This document shows, piece by piece, positions 49,943 to 59,672 of a DNA stretch of 64,000 nt. The notes beneath the pieces are model-generated. The model was not told the DNA's origin and did no database searches. It saw only the letters and a program-made list of their open reading frames with translations. This stretch comes from a virus (lineage: Duplodnaviria; Caudoviricetes), in IMG/VR virus record IMGVR_UViG_3300022594_000001, one strand, 5' to 3'. Numbering within the stretch: position 1 is the first letter of the stretch; each line of letters starts with the position of its first letter. A program made the translations under genes and the position numbers.

Positions 49943-50895
49943 TTAGTTGGGGTATAAACGCTTTAAATCACGGCAGTAGCCTTGCTGTGTTTAAGAATGG
50001 CGAATACATAGACGGCTTTGTATCTCCTAATGATAATTTAGATCCTAATCAATTTAAATTAAATTTAGAATATCAAGGACCTCCGGATCGTATTTTCTGG
50101 TATGAACGTCCGTGGTTAAAGAAAGCTCGCCAACTGTATGCAGGGCAATACCGAACTGCATTTAGTTTAGACAATTTGCCTAGTACAAATTTAAAAAAGT
50201 GGGGCCTAGGATATGCACCTGTTACTTATACTTCTCATCATGGCAGTCATGCTGCCGCGGGATATTACACTAGCCCGTTTAACCATTGCGCAGTTGTTGT
50301 GCTTGATGCTATTGGTGAGTTCGAGTGTGCAACTATATGGAATTGCGTACACGGTGAAATGAAGAAGGTGTGGAGTAGAAGTTATCCACATAGCCTTGGA
50401 TTATTTTACAGTGCATTTGCACAATTTGTTGGATTAACTCCTATTAGAGACGAATATCTATTAGAACAGATGGCTGCTCGAGGTAATCCAAGCGAGTTCC
50501 TACGTTATGTTAAAAGCTATTTTGAATTTGGAGATACACTAAATTGCAATACAAACTTCCATCGCGGAGTTTTGCATTGGGACTTAAATGAACTAACTAC
50601 ATTGCAAGAACAGTGTGATTTAGCAGCAGCAGTACAGTGGGTCTTTGAAGATCAAGTGTATGCAGTAATGAAAAAAGCAAAAGAACTAACAGGAGCAGAC
50701 TGTTTAGTTTATATGGGTGGCTGCGCTATGAACGGTACTGCTAATAAAAAATGTGTCGAACCAATGTTTAAATATCGGTGGAGTTTACCAAACCCGGGAG
50801 ACCCGAGTAGTGCAATGGGCGCGGTATTGTACCATACTAAAACACGAGTATGGAAGGACTGGGATACCGTCAAACACCTTGAGATTAAAGTTTAA
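49939..50895 (+). CDS. carbamoyltransferase, N-terminal (Kae1-like) domain only
   Basis: NHGSSLAV, HHGSHAAAGYYTSPF, VLDAIGE, SLGLFYSA, GGCAMN, PGDPSSAMGA; no C-terminal domain. Confidence 0.8.
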   Translation: MISWGINALNHGSSLAVFKNGEYIDGFVSPNDNLDPNQFKLNLEYQGPPDRIFWYERPWLKKARQLYAGQYRTAFSLDNLPSTNLKKWGLGYAPVTYTSHHGSHAAAGYYTSPFNHCAVVVLDAIGEFECATIWNCVHGEMKKVWSRSYPHSLGLFYSAFAQFVGLTPIRDEYLLEQMAARGNPSEFLRYVKSYFEFGDTLNCNTNFHRGVLHWDLNELTTLQEQCDLAAAVQWVFEDQVYAVMKKAKELTGADCLVYMGGCAMNGTANKKCVEPMFKYRWSLPNPGDPSSAMGAVLYHTKTRVWKDWDTVKHLEIKV

Positions 50896-50913
50896 AGAGC
50901 ATAAAATAATAAG

Positions 50914-52347
50914 ATGAAACAGAATACAGATTACGGTTACGAAATACAAAAATTATATTTAGAAATGATGTTAGCAGATGCTGGAACATTTGCTCGTTGC
51001 CAAAGTATCTTTGATCACACACTTTTTGATAGAAAGTTGCAGATGCCTGCAGAATTTATTAATGAGTATATTAAATCTCATAGTGTAATGCCTACTGAAG
51101 AAATTATCAATGCGGCGTGTGGCACAGAGTTTAAAATTAGTCATGATTTAAGAGAAGAACACTTTGACTGGTTAATGAATGACTTTGAAACATTTACTAG
51201 ACATAAAGGACTAGAGAGGGCTATTTTAGAGTCAGCCGACTTGTTAGAAAAAGGTGACTATGGTCCTGTAGAAGAAATGATTAAAAAAGCAGTACAGGTC
51301 GGACTTACTAAAGACATGGGTACTGATTATTTTGAAGATCCACGTGCTCGTCTAATGAAGATTAAAGATAAGAACGGACAAATTAGTACTGGCTGGAAGA
51401 GCTTAGATGACAAATTATTTGGCGGCATGAACCGCGGTGAACTTAACATTTTTGCAGCAGCATCCGGTGGTGGTAAGTCTTTATTCTTAGCTAACTTAGG
51501 ATGCAACTGGGCACTGCAAGGGCTTAACGTAATTTACTTAACATTCGAACTTTCAGAAGAACTTGTAGGTATGCGTGTTGACTCTATGATGACTGGGGTA
51601 CCAAGTCGAGAAGTGTTTAAGCAAATCGATGATGTTGAAATGAAGGTTAAGATCCTAGGTAAAAAGTCAGGACATTTTCAGATTAAGTACATGCCAAGTG
51701 GTAAGACAGCAAACGATATTCGTGCATATTTAAAAGAATATGAAATTAAAATGGGTCACAAAGTAGATGTATTGCTAGTAGACTACTTAGACTTGTTAAT
51801 GCCGATTAGTATTAAAATTAGTCCAGAAAATTTATTCATTAAAGACAAGTACGTATCAGAAGAACTGCGTAACTTGGCAATGGAAAAGCAATGTATTTTT
51901 GTAACAGCATCACAGTTAAATCGTAGCGCCGTTGAAGAAGTTGAATTTGATCACAGCCATATTTCAGGTGGTTTGAGTAAGATTCAAACGGCAGATAATG
52001 TGATTGGTATCTTTACTAGTCGTGCAATGCGTGAACGTGGTCGTTATCAAATTCAGTTGATGAAAACACGTAGTTCAAGTGGTGTAGGTATGAAGTTAGA
52101 TTTAGAGTTTAACGTTGACTCACTGCGTATTACAGATTTAGCTGAAGAAGATAGTTACGGAAATTCTAGTTCCGCTAGTGCAGGTAGTGCGTTATTAGCT
52201 AGTATTAAAAATCGACAAACAGTAGATGGAGATACTGGAGAGATTAATCCAAACTCACTAGTGCCTGCTCCAAAAGTTAAAGCTAACATAGAAAGTAGTA
52301 AACTTAGACAGTTGATTAATAATTTGCCGGGTGACGAAGAGTTGTAA
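50914..52347 (+). CDS. gp41: replicative DNA helicase (DnaB-like)
   Basis: AASGGGKS, LLVDYLDL, TASQLNR, ISKIQTADNV-like, MKTRSS. Confidence 0.92.
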   Translation: MKQNTDYGYEIQKLYLEMMLADAGTFARCQSIFDHTLFDRKLQMPAEFINEYIKSHSVMPTEEIINAACGTEFKISHDLREEHFDWLMNDFETFTRHKGLERAILESADLLEKGDYGPVEEMIKKAVQVGLTKDMGTDYFEDPRARLMKIKDKNGQISTGWKSLDDKLFGGMNRGELNIFAAASGGGKSLFLANLGCNWALQGLNVIYLTFELSEELVGMRVDSMMTGVPSREVFKQIDDVEMKVKILGKKSGHFQIKYMPSGKTANDIRAYLKEYEIKMGHKVDVLLVDYLDLLMPISIKISPENLFIKDKYVSEELRNLAMEKQCIFVTASQLNRSAVEEVEFDHSHISGGLSKIQTADNVIGIFTSRAMRERGRYQIQLMKTRSSSGVGMKLDLEFNVDSLRITDLAEEDSYGNSSSASAGSALLASIKNRQTVDGDTGEINPNSLVPAPKVKANIESSKLRQLINNLPGDEEL

Positions 52348-52412
52348 TATTGTTGTAACATGGTTTTGTTACAATATCAATAAATACGCATATAACTACA
52401 AAGGAACTCACT

Positions 52413-52856
52413 ATGGAACTGCACCACATCAAAGACATCAACGATCCTCTAGCACAGGTAATCAAAGATGATCCTGTGCGTCCACATATTCCTCTAGAAC
52501 AGCGTGTAAACAATCTTGCTGAAATTTTATTATTGAAAGCAGGAGAGGAAATCTTAGCAGCCACTTGTATGCAATTTACTAAAGACATCCCAGAAGATGA
52601 GCAGGATCTTATTGATCTTGCTGAATCAAATGATATTGCAGTATTTTATACTATTTGGAGTTATAAGCCAGGCGCTGGACAGCAACTAATTAAGCAAGCA
52701 GCAGAATGGTTGTTGAGAGACTATAAGGACATTAAGTCAATAGTTACACTAAGTCCCCAGACAGAAATGGCTAAACGTTTCCATACTAAAAATGGAGCAA
52801 AAACACTTAGACAAAACGAAACAAGTGTAAACTATCAATACTACAGCAAAGAATAA
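52413..52856 (+). CDS. GNAT-like hypothetical protein
   Basis: YTIWSY.PGAG..LI, A.RFH.KNGA; late promoter 52381-52386. Confidence 0.45.
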   Translation: MELHHIKDINDPLAQVIKDDPVRPHIPLEQRVNNLAEILLLKAGEEILAATCMQFTKDIPEDEQDLIDLAESNDIAVFYTIWSYKPGAGQQLIKQAAEWLLRDYKDIKSIVTLSPQTEMAKRFHTKNGAKTLRQNETSVNYQYYSKE

Positions 52857-52880
52857 AAAAGCACCCTAGGGTGCTTTTTT
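52855..52880. terminator. bidirectional intrinsic terminator
   Basis: AAAAAAGCACCC-TA-GGGTGCTTTTTT. Confidence 0.85.
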
Positions 52881-52881
52881 G

Positions 52882-53952
52882 TTAACCTGGTAATCTTGGT
52901 TGTTGTAGAGCAGCTTGTGGTTCTGCACTTTGCTCTTCAGGTGGAGCTTCGGCTGGACGTTTTTCATTAGTCCAATATTGTGATAAATTATCTTTAAGTT
53001 TTTGCAGTTCTTTTCTTGGATCGTACTGTAACTTTTGGATTCCTTCTTCTTCAGCTGGCTCGCCAATTTCTTGAGCGTTTGCTAACCATCCTTTTGATAA
53101 ATCGTCCCATAGATACGGAAAACGCTCTTTGATAATTTTTGGATCTACCATGCGATCTAAATTATCGCGGAAGTTAGCAGATTGTGGACTAGTCGATGAG
53201 TCAAATTGATATTTTTCTTGATAAGTCTTACCGCCCAAACGTCCAGTAGTATCTGGCTGCGGATCAACTTTTGGTAGTAGTCCTAATAAAGGGGCTCTGC
53301 TACTGTAAGTTTTAAAATTATGATCACTGCTACTGTTAGCAGTACAGAATGTGGCACCTTTCCCGTATGCAATAGCAGCAGGACGATTCTGTAGGTAATA
53401 AATCTTGTATTCGGGTGTATCAGCAAGCAATACACTTCTAGCACTCTTTAACATAGCAGCCATCGCAGCAGTTTGACGTACATCTTGTAGTGCTTCTGCA
53501 TAATGCTGTACCATGTAACGGTGTAGAGCTTTAACGCCTTTATATTTGCCAATTTCACTATGGCGTGGATCTAACATGTTACGATTCTTTAAAATAGTAA
53601 AATCACGCAATGCAGGACCCATTTCGCCTTCGATGTCTTCCCAGATGTCTGCTCCATTAGAATAGTTCTGAGCAATCCACATATGGTATTGTCCGTTACG
53701 TCCGTAAACAATACCCTCGTAACCTTGGCGTTCGATTTTATCTAATTGCTCAACAAACCACTTAGCAACATCTTCGTCGGGCATTTTATTGAACTTATTT
53801 TGCAATGCATAATTCATAGTAGGGCTTGGATCAGTACGCAATCCATTGGCAATACCTGCAACAAGATTCTTGTTTGCAAGTACATTAGAGCCGCCCTTAC
53901 TAACGGCATTTTCGTCAAGTCTTACTGACTCAAAAAGTTCTCTTAAAAACAT
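52882..53952 (-). CDS. putative internal head protein
   Basis: MFLRELFE leader; YGKGATFCTA...F..Y...PL...EKYQF domain. Confidence 0.55.
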   Translation of the reverse strand: MFLRELFESVRLDENAVSKGGSNVLANKNLVAGIANGLRTDPSPTMNYALQNKFNKMPDEDVAKWFVEQLDKIERQGYEGIVYGRNGQYHMWIAQNYSNGADIWEDIEGEMGPALRDFTILKNRNMLDPRHSEIGKYKGVKALHRYMVQHYAEALQDVRQTAAMAAMLKSARSVLLADTPEYKIYYLQNRPAAIAYGKGATFCTANSSSDHNFKTYSSRAPLLGLLPKVDPQPDTTGRLGGKTYQEKYQFDSSTSPQSANFRDNLDRMVDPKIIKERFPYLWDDLSKGWLANAQEIGEPAEEEGIQKLQYDPRKELQKLKDNLSQYWTNEKRPAEAPPEEQSAEPQAALQQPRLPG

Positions 53953-53953
53953 A

Positions 53954-55867
53954 TTATTCTGAAATACTAAACAATTTTGCTCTTACAAAGTTTAGCAATT
54001 CACCTAATTCCTTTGCTTGGCCGTTTACAATGTTAACCTTAAATTCATTCTTACCTGCTTCATCCATGCCGCCTGTAATTTCACGGATACCTGAACTAAT
54101 TAAAGAATTATATGAAGACAACGGACTATTCCATCCTTGCCACTGTGGGTTAGGACTATCTAATGCTGTAGACATTGCTTGAATTTTCTTACCAGCACGA
54201 GTTAGTTTTTCAACAGCATCATAATTACCACCTTGTGCTAAACGTTGAATACGTGGGCCAAGTTGTCCAATTGTTTGTTGTAATAGTTTTGATAGTACTG
54301 GTTTTATTTTTTCACCGACTTGTTCGTCTGATGGAATTGCTTGTTGTTGAATAGTTTGGCGAGTTTTAACCTTAGCACGTTCAACAGCACCGGTAGCACG
54401 ATAAGCACGTACAACAGGACCAATACGATCACGTAGTACTTGGAATAAGTTAGGGGCACCACCTTCCATAGCACTTGATCCGCCAGTAGCATCCATACGT
54501 CCCATGCGATACTTAGCAATTTCACTTTCAGCGCCGTCACCTGTTGACCATACAACTACGTAAGGCAATGTTGTATCACGTTCTTTGCTACGTGATTGAT
54601 CCCAACGCTTTTCTTCTGGCTTAACACCTGCTACACCATTTGTACCAACGATGATACAGAAGTTGTCCTTATTGCTCTTAATAGTAACGGCAATATTTTT
54701 AGTATCGGCAGGAATTTCTTCGTAGTTAGGATCAATGTTTTGATGCCCTGGACGATTACGTAAACCGCCTGATGCTAGTTTATGACGACTGTGTAGTGCA
54801 TGAACTAATTGGTTTGCACCTGGAGTTTGTCCTAGTAACTTTGCTAATGTACTTTCATCTAAAATAGCTTCTTCTAATTGACTTTTAAAAATATCATCAA
54901 CTAGTGCTGTTTCTTCTAAGTTATCTAGTTTGGTAGTTAAGTAGCGAATCTGTTCGCTAATGCTGCTAAATTTCATTTGAGTGCCCTCGTTTAATCTCTT
55001 TGGAATTAATGCGCCGAATTCGTCACGATCAGATTCTTCTTCGTCATTGTGTCCTAATTGTTTTTGTGATCCATGTTCTACCGCAGACTGCTCCGGGTAT
55101 GCATAGATATACCAACCTGCGCCGTCATGTACTACATGAAAGCGAGTATTCTCTGTACGGAATTCACGTACTTGCGGCTTATAATTGCCCATGCCATAAC
55201 CACTATAGTCAATATCTAACTCTGGTAATGATTCGGCATTTTTTTGTAACCACCCTAATACTGCTTTAACTTCACGCTCGCTATTAGCCATTGTGCTAAT
55301 GGTAAGAATATCATGATGGGGTGTTGTAGTAAACATGCTGAATAGGTCTTGTCCCATTCCGCGAATTTGTCTATGTTGGAATCCTGGCAAGTTTTTAATA
55401 CCGTGCCATTTAGGGTATACTTGTCCTGCCGCTTGAAGTGCTTGACTAATGTTTGCTACTTCATGGCGTGTTAGTGCCGGTAAGTTATCAGGACGAACAT
55501 GATCTGGATCACCTTCGTTATTTTCTAATCCTGCTAGCCTACGTGCTTCCTCATCACTAATATCACCTGGACGATCAATACGATTTAAACGATTAAGCAT
55601 ATTACGCATATCGTCAGGTACGCTAGCACCTTGTACTGCACGACGAGTTTCATCGCCGCTAGCACGGTCTAATTCTGGCGCCCTACTGCGCTCAGGATCT
55701 GCTGGACGTCTTGGTTGATCATTAGGGCCAGCAGGTAAATGCTCAGGCCCTTGCTGAGGAATATCAAATTTTGGTGCTTGCGGACGATCTTGCGCAGGAC
55801 GTTCCTGGCGAGAATCGCCTTCTGGTTTACGTTTACGCTGTGGCTCGTTGTCGTCATGAGTAGGCAT
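53954..55867 (-). CDS. putative internal head protein, two-part (internal start at 54976)
   Basis: Late promoter 55890-55895; disordered N-terminus; internal MKFSSISEQIRYL with SD. Confidence 0.6.
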   Translation of the reverse strand: MPTHDDNEPQRKRKPEGDSRQERPAQDRPQAPKFDIPQQGPEHLPAGPNDQPRRPADPERSRAPELDRASGDETRRAVQGASVPDDMRNMLNRLNRIDRPGDISDEEARRLAGLENNEGDPDHVRPDNLPALTRHEVANISQALQAAGQVYPKWHGIKNLPGFQHRQIRGMGQDLFSMFTTTPHHDILTISTMANSEREVKAVLGWLQKNAESLPELDIDYSGYGMGNYKPQVREFRTENTRFHVVHDGAGWYIYAYPEQSAVEHGSQKQLGHNDEEESDRDEFGALIPKRLNEGTQMKFSSISEQIRYLTTKLDNLEETALVDDIFKSQLEEAILDESTLAKLLGQTPGANQLVHALHSRHKLASGGLRNRPGHQNIDPNYEEIPADTKNIAVTIKSNKDNFCIIVGTNGVAGVKPEEKRWDQSRSKERDTTLPYVVVWSTGDGAESEIAKYRMGRMDATGGSSAMEGGAPNLFQVLRDRIGPVVRAYRATGAVERAKVKTRQTIQQQAIPSDEQVGEKIKPVLSKLLQQTIGQLGPRIQRLAQGGNYDAVEKLTRAGKKIQAMSTALDSPNPQWQGWNSPLSSYNSLISSGIREITGGMDEAGKNEFKVNIVNGQAKELGELLNFVRAKLFSISE

Positions 55868-55906
55868 GCATAATCCTTAGTGTATTAGTTATTTAGCAGT
55901 TTACGC

Positions 55907-56482
55907 TTAATCAATTTCCGCATTGAACTGCCCGCGTACAAACACGTTCCACGCTAGGCTAATACGTGGTTTAGACCCTGTATTCTTTTCAACCCAATGA
56001 TCCGTTTCGCTAGGAAACATAAAACAATCACCTGTTTCTGGCTTTTCTAGCCACTGGTTTGCGTTCCATAGAGTTGTTTCTTTACGGTCTAAATTAACAC
56101 GGGGTTTCTTATCGTTTAACCATACAATCTCACCACCTGAATCTGGATCAGCATCTAAGTAAATAACCCCTGATGCTAGGTTGTTTGGATGCCAATGTCT
56201 ATGGTGACTTTGCCCTGGATTATTCCTGTTGAGCCACGAACTAGTCATCATTATTTCGTACTCTTCCGTTACTGCCAACACGCCATAAACATAGTTGCAA
56301 GTAACTTCGAAACAAATCTTGTTTATTTCTGCAAACTCGGGCTTACGTAGTATCCACTGATCCTTGGATATTTCATTCTTTTGATTGTTAGTCCACTCAA
56401 TGTTTGATAAGTCCGGCATTACAATGTTGTAATGATCCTTTAAAACTGGCGTACTGAACAGCGGTAGTATAGTTGAATTCAT
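55907..56482 (-). CDS. 2OG-Fe(II) oxygenase-like protein
   Basis: SWLN.N.PG, HWHPN...SGVIY, FPSETDHWV, RISLAWN. Confidence 0.8.
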   Translation of the reverse strand: MNSTILPLFSTPVLKDHYNIVMPDLSNIEWTNNQKNEISKDQWILRKPEFAEINKICFEVTCNYVYGVLAVTEEYEIMMTSSWLNRNNPGQSHHRHWHPNNLASGVIYLDADPDSGGEIVWLNDKKPRVNLDRKETTLWNANQWLEKPETGDCFMFPSETDHWVEKNTGSKPRISLAWNVFVRGQFNAEID

Positions 56483-56524
56483 CTTAACCTTATAAATACT
56501 TTTTGTTATACTACTTATTAGACA

Positions 56525-56770
56525 GTGTTATACCTACCTGAATATCATGAATTTAAGTACATAGCACGTTGCAACTGGCCAAGACCTCAACCACAGATGG
56601 ATTGGATAGATGCTGTGCTTACGTTAGAACACTGGCTAAAAGAATACGTAGGTCCGCACTATCAACGATGGGCGTGGACAACAGAACAAGCGCAAACAAC
56701 ATACGAAGCATGTGTTGCGTTTAAATGGGAAAAACATAAGACATTATTTTTATTAAGATGGTCAGAGTAA
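56525..56770 (+). CDS. hypothetical protein
   Basis: TATAAATA upstream; ends F...K.KTLFLLRW. Confidence 0.55.
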   Translation: MLYLPEYHEFKYIARCNWPRPQPQMDWIDAVLTLEHWLKEYVGPHYQRWAWTTEQAQTTYEACVAFKWEKHKTLFLLRWSE

Positions 56771-56913
56771 AACGATTTTTTAACGCATGGTATCGCCCTG
56801 AAGTGCATCTTGAAAGAGAGGACTGGATCTACATAGCCATCCTGTCAGTAGGAGCATTCTATGCTTTTGCTATCGGATTGATTATCGGATTCTTATGGTG
56901 TAAATTATTGTAA
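56758..56913 (+). CDS. small membrane protein (51 aa)
   Basis: MVRVKRFF...WIYIAILSVGAFYAFAIGLIIGFLWCKLL; one hydrophobic segment; not in the ORF track. Confidence 0.5.
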   Translation: MVRVKRFFNAWYRPEVHLEREDWIYIAILSVGAFYAFAIGLIIGFLWCKLL

Positions 56914-57114
56914 ACGTTCGGCTACCACGGTTTCAAATGGAAGATTTGGATGGTGGTTATAAAAGTCAGTAATGACTTGATCGTTTAGCAACACAAGCAC
57001 ACCTGTACTAGCATTATAGTTGTAGTCTTTAGGCGTATAGTTCTTAATCCAAAACCAGGGTTGGTATTGGATCCATTGTCCTTCGTCTAATTGAATTTGT
57101 GCAATGTGGTTCAT
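56905..57114 (-). CDS. hypothetical protein
   Basis: TATAAATA 5 nt upstream of ATG. Confidence 0.55.
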   Translation of the reverse strand: MNHIAQIQLDEGQWIQYQPWFWIKNYTPKDYNYNASTGVLVLLNDQVITDFYNHHPNLPFETVVAERLQ

Positions 57115-57171
57115 ACTAATATTTATATCATAATTAGCTAAACTGTACCCAAGCTATGAATAAGTATTGGT

Positions 57172-57804
57172 ATGATAGAACCTAGACATTTTAAAGGGCA
57201 AGTTGGCTATTGGCTAAGTCAATTACCCGCAGAGCAAATGGCTCCTGTATGGGACGAAATTAACGAACTTGAACCTACAGTACCACTTAATGAACCCCAC
57301 GGTGTTAACCACAAGTTTGATCTCAAGCGTAGTAGGGATCATGTAGCAGATATTGTTGCACAACACATTGGGCAGTTTAACTATGAAAACAGTTGGCCCA
57401 ATGACTTAAATGTGCTAGGTGAACCTAGACCCTTAAAGTTATACAACCTATGGGTTAACTTTATGAGCAAGTACCAATACGAACCGATACACGATCACGG
57501 TGGTGTAATGAGCTTTGTTATTTGGCTACGTGTTCCTTACACAATTGCAGAAGAAGCAGCGGCTCGCCCATATGTTCCGCCACAATATAATACGTCAGGT
57601 TGTTTTGGATTACACAGCATTAATAGTCTAGGACGAGTGCAACATAATGTGTTACCTGTAGATAAAACTTGGGAAAATGTAATCTGTTTGTTCCCAGCAA
57701 GAATGCAACACTCAGTATTCCCGTTTTACTCTAGTGATGAACTACGTGTAAGTATTGCGGGTAATTTTTATTTCGACGGCAGCAAAGAAGCAAAGCAAGG
57801 ATAA
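57172..57804 (+). CDS. 2OG-Fe(II) oxygenase-like protein
   Basis: WVNFM.KY.Y.PIHDH.GVMSFVIW, FPARMQHSVFP, RVSIAGN. Confidence 0.8.
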   Translation: MIEPRHFKGQVGYWLSQLPAEQMAPVWDEINELEPTVPLNEPHGVNHKFDLKRSRDHVADIVAQHIGQFNYENSWPNDLNVLGEPRPLKLYNLWVNFMSKYQYEPIHDHGGVMSFVIWLRVPYTIAEEAAARPYVPPQYNTSGCFGLHSINSLGRVQHNVLPVDKTWENVICLFPARMQHSVFPFYSSDELRVSIAGNFYFDGSKEAKQG

Positions 57805-57807
57805 TAC

Positions 57808-58536
57808 ATGGATCGCAAAACAATACCTTTTCAAAATGTAGGCTATGCTCTGCACCGATTTAGTGATGAAGAATTACAGCCTATCTGGAATGAAATTAAT
57901 GAAATCATTAATGACGATACTGGCATACACAAAATGAATGACGAGCTTGTAGGTAACCTATTGTACGAATACGAGCTAACAAAAACCTACGATCATATTC
58001 AGAATTTAATTACCCCTTGCATTTGGGAATACAACAATATCTTTAACTATCCTAACAACCTAGAAGTATTAAAAGAAGCTAAGATGTTAAAGCTAGATCG
58101 CCCATGGGTTAACATTATGCAGAAGCATGAGTACAATCCTATACATAATCATTCAGGTGTAATGAGTTTTGTTATCTGGATGAAAGTCCCGTATACAATG
58201 GAAGAAGAAAAAGCAGCTAAACCCTACGTGCCTAAACACAGTAACATTGCTGGACACTTTGCCCTTCACTATGTAGATACGCTAGGATACATTAAAACAG
58301 AAACTATCCCGGTTGACAGTAGCTATAATGGGGTTATGTGTTTGTTTCCTGCAAGTATGCATCACTCAGTGTTTCCATACTACAGTTCCGATGATTATCG
58401 AGTCACTGTAGCTGGAAATTTTATATTTGATCTAAGTACAGAGGATCAAGAAACACTAGGTAAGTATGATACTGCTGCTGCTTGGACTAACCCAAAATCA
58501 CTTACTGATGTTGAGCCAGTTAAACGGGCACTTTGA
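57808..58536 (+). CDS. 2OG-Fe(II) oxygenase-like protein (tandem paralog)
   Basis: WVN.M.KHEYNPIHNHSGVMSFVIW, FPASMHHSVFP, RVTVAGN. Confidence 0.8.
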   Translation: MDRKTIPFQNVGYALHRFSDEELQPIWNEINEIINDDTGIHKMNDELVGNLLYEYELTKTYDHIQNLITPCIWEYNNIFNYPNNLEVLKEAKMLKLDRPWVNIMQKHEYNPIHNHSGVMSFVIWMKVPYTMEEEKAAKPYVPKHSNIAGHFALHYVDTLGYIKTETIPVDSSYNGVMCLFPASMHHSVFPYYSSDDYRVTVAGNFIFDLSTEDQETLGKYDTAAAWTNPKSLTDVEPVKRAL

Positions 58537-59256
58537 TTCTGAGTCTTCTTGAGCACGGCGCACTCGACGTATGCTCTTGTACTTGTTCATAAAGGTAATA
58601 GGGCGTGTTTTGTTGCAGAGTAAATCAAACTCACGCTCAGTTAACATTTCATTTTTAATCACTAGTTCACGCTCACTTAGCGGAACAATATGACACAGGG
58701 GCTGTCCATGTTTAATCATGCTGCTGCCTTTGCTAGTATCGATTAACATGTTTACATTGGTGCTGTAGTTGTAGTGGAAATCAATAGTGCCAAGCATGAC
58801 TTCCCAACTTTGTTCTTCTAGTTGATCCCAGTAGACAGGCATCATAGTCCAGTAAACGTCCTTCTCACTGACAAAGCGCCAAGGGCTAGCAATCTTCATA
58901 TTAATCTTATTAGGTTTAAATCCACAGCGCAGCTCAACTTCTTGATAGTCGTTAGTAGTGATTAAATCGCTAAACTGATTAGCAATGCCACCTTGTCCAT
59001 TAGTACTGATAGCTAAATCAGTCCACATGGGAATAATCAAACCTTGCCCATAATGATCCTGTATGCCTACACAGTTTTTAATAGTCTGTGACAAATGGGT
59101 TGATTCCCAATTAACACTACTTTTAGCAGCAGCTTTCCACCATTCAGGAAAGAACTTGTTAGCCTTTTGGATTGGTGCATATTCGTAAACATGCGAAAAT
59201 TTTTCACTGACATAGCAGTGTACGGTTAGTTTAGGTTTGCGGAAAAAGAATATCAT
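58498..59256 (-). CDS. hypothetical protein of a type common in aquatic T4-like phages
   Basis: PI.KA.KF.PEWWK...TIK.C.G...G.IIP.W.D; TAAGTA 4 nt upstream of ATG. Confidence 0.55.
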   Translation of the reverse strand: MIFFFRKPKLTVHCYVSEKFSHVYEYAPIQKANKFFPEWWKAAAKSSVNWESTHLSQTIKNCVGIQDHYGQGLIIPMWTDLAISTNGQGGIANQFSDLITTNDYQEVELRCGFKPNKINMKIASPWRFVSEKDVYWTMMPVYWDQLEEQSWEVMLGTIDFHYNYSTNVNMLIDTSKGSSMIKHGQPLCHIVPLSERELVIKNEMLTEREFDLLCNKTRPITFMNKYKSIRRVRRAQEDSESKCPFNWLNISK

Positions 59257-59318
59257 GCAGTACTTATTATTAACAACCGTTTGTCTCGATTGTTTTGATT
59301 GTGTCTATAAATACGTGT

Positions 59319-59672
59319 ATGAAGATTAGTGAACTGATTCAACCTGAACTTACGCAAAATCAAGGCTACCAAGAACTAGGCCGTTTTACTCACGAAGATT
59401 TGACTTTCTATGCTAGTACGCACGGAAAGGGTGATCTAGCAGTAACAGTAGATGATGCTAACGGTAATCAAATAGCCAATGCTCTGTTTGAAGTAAACGA
59501 AGACGGCGATACAGTAAGCAGCCAAGATACTTGGGTGCATCAACAGTTTCGTGGACGTGGTATAGCTACCTTAATGTACAATTGGGCACAGCGTTTGGGC
59601 AACACAGTGGTTAAATCAAAGACACTTAGCCGAGCAGGCAAGAAGTTCTGGAAGGCTAGAGAGCAGAAATGA
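59319..59672 (+). CDS. GNAT acetyltransferase with head-protein-like leader
   Basis: True start MKISELIQ; V.QQFRGRGIATLMY motif A; S.AGKKFW. Confidence 0.7.
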   Translation: MKISELIQPELTQNQGYQELGRFTHEDLTFYASTHGKGDLAVTVDDANGNQIANALFEVNEDGDTVSSQDTWVHQQFRGRGIATLMYNWAQRLGNTVVKSKTLSRAGKKFWKAREQK

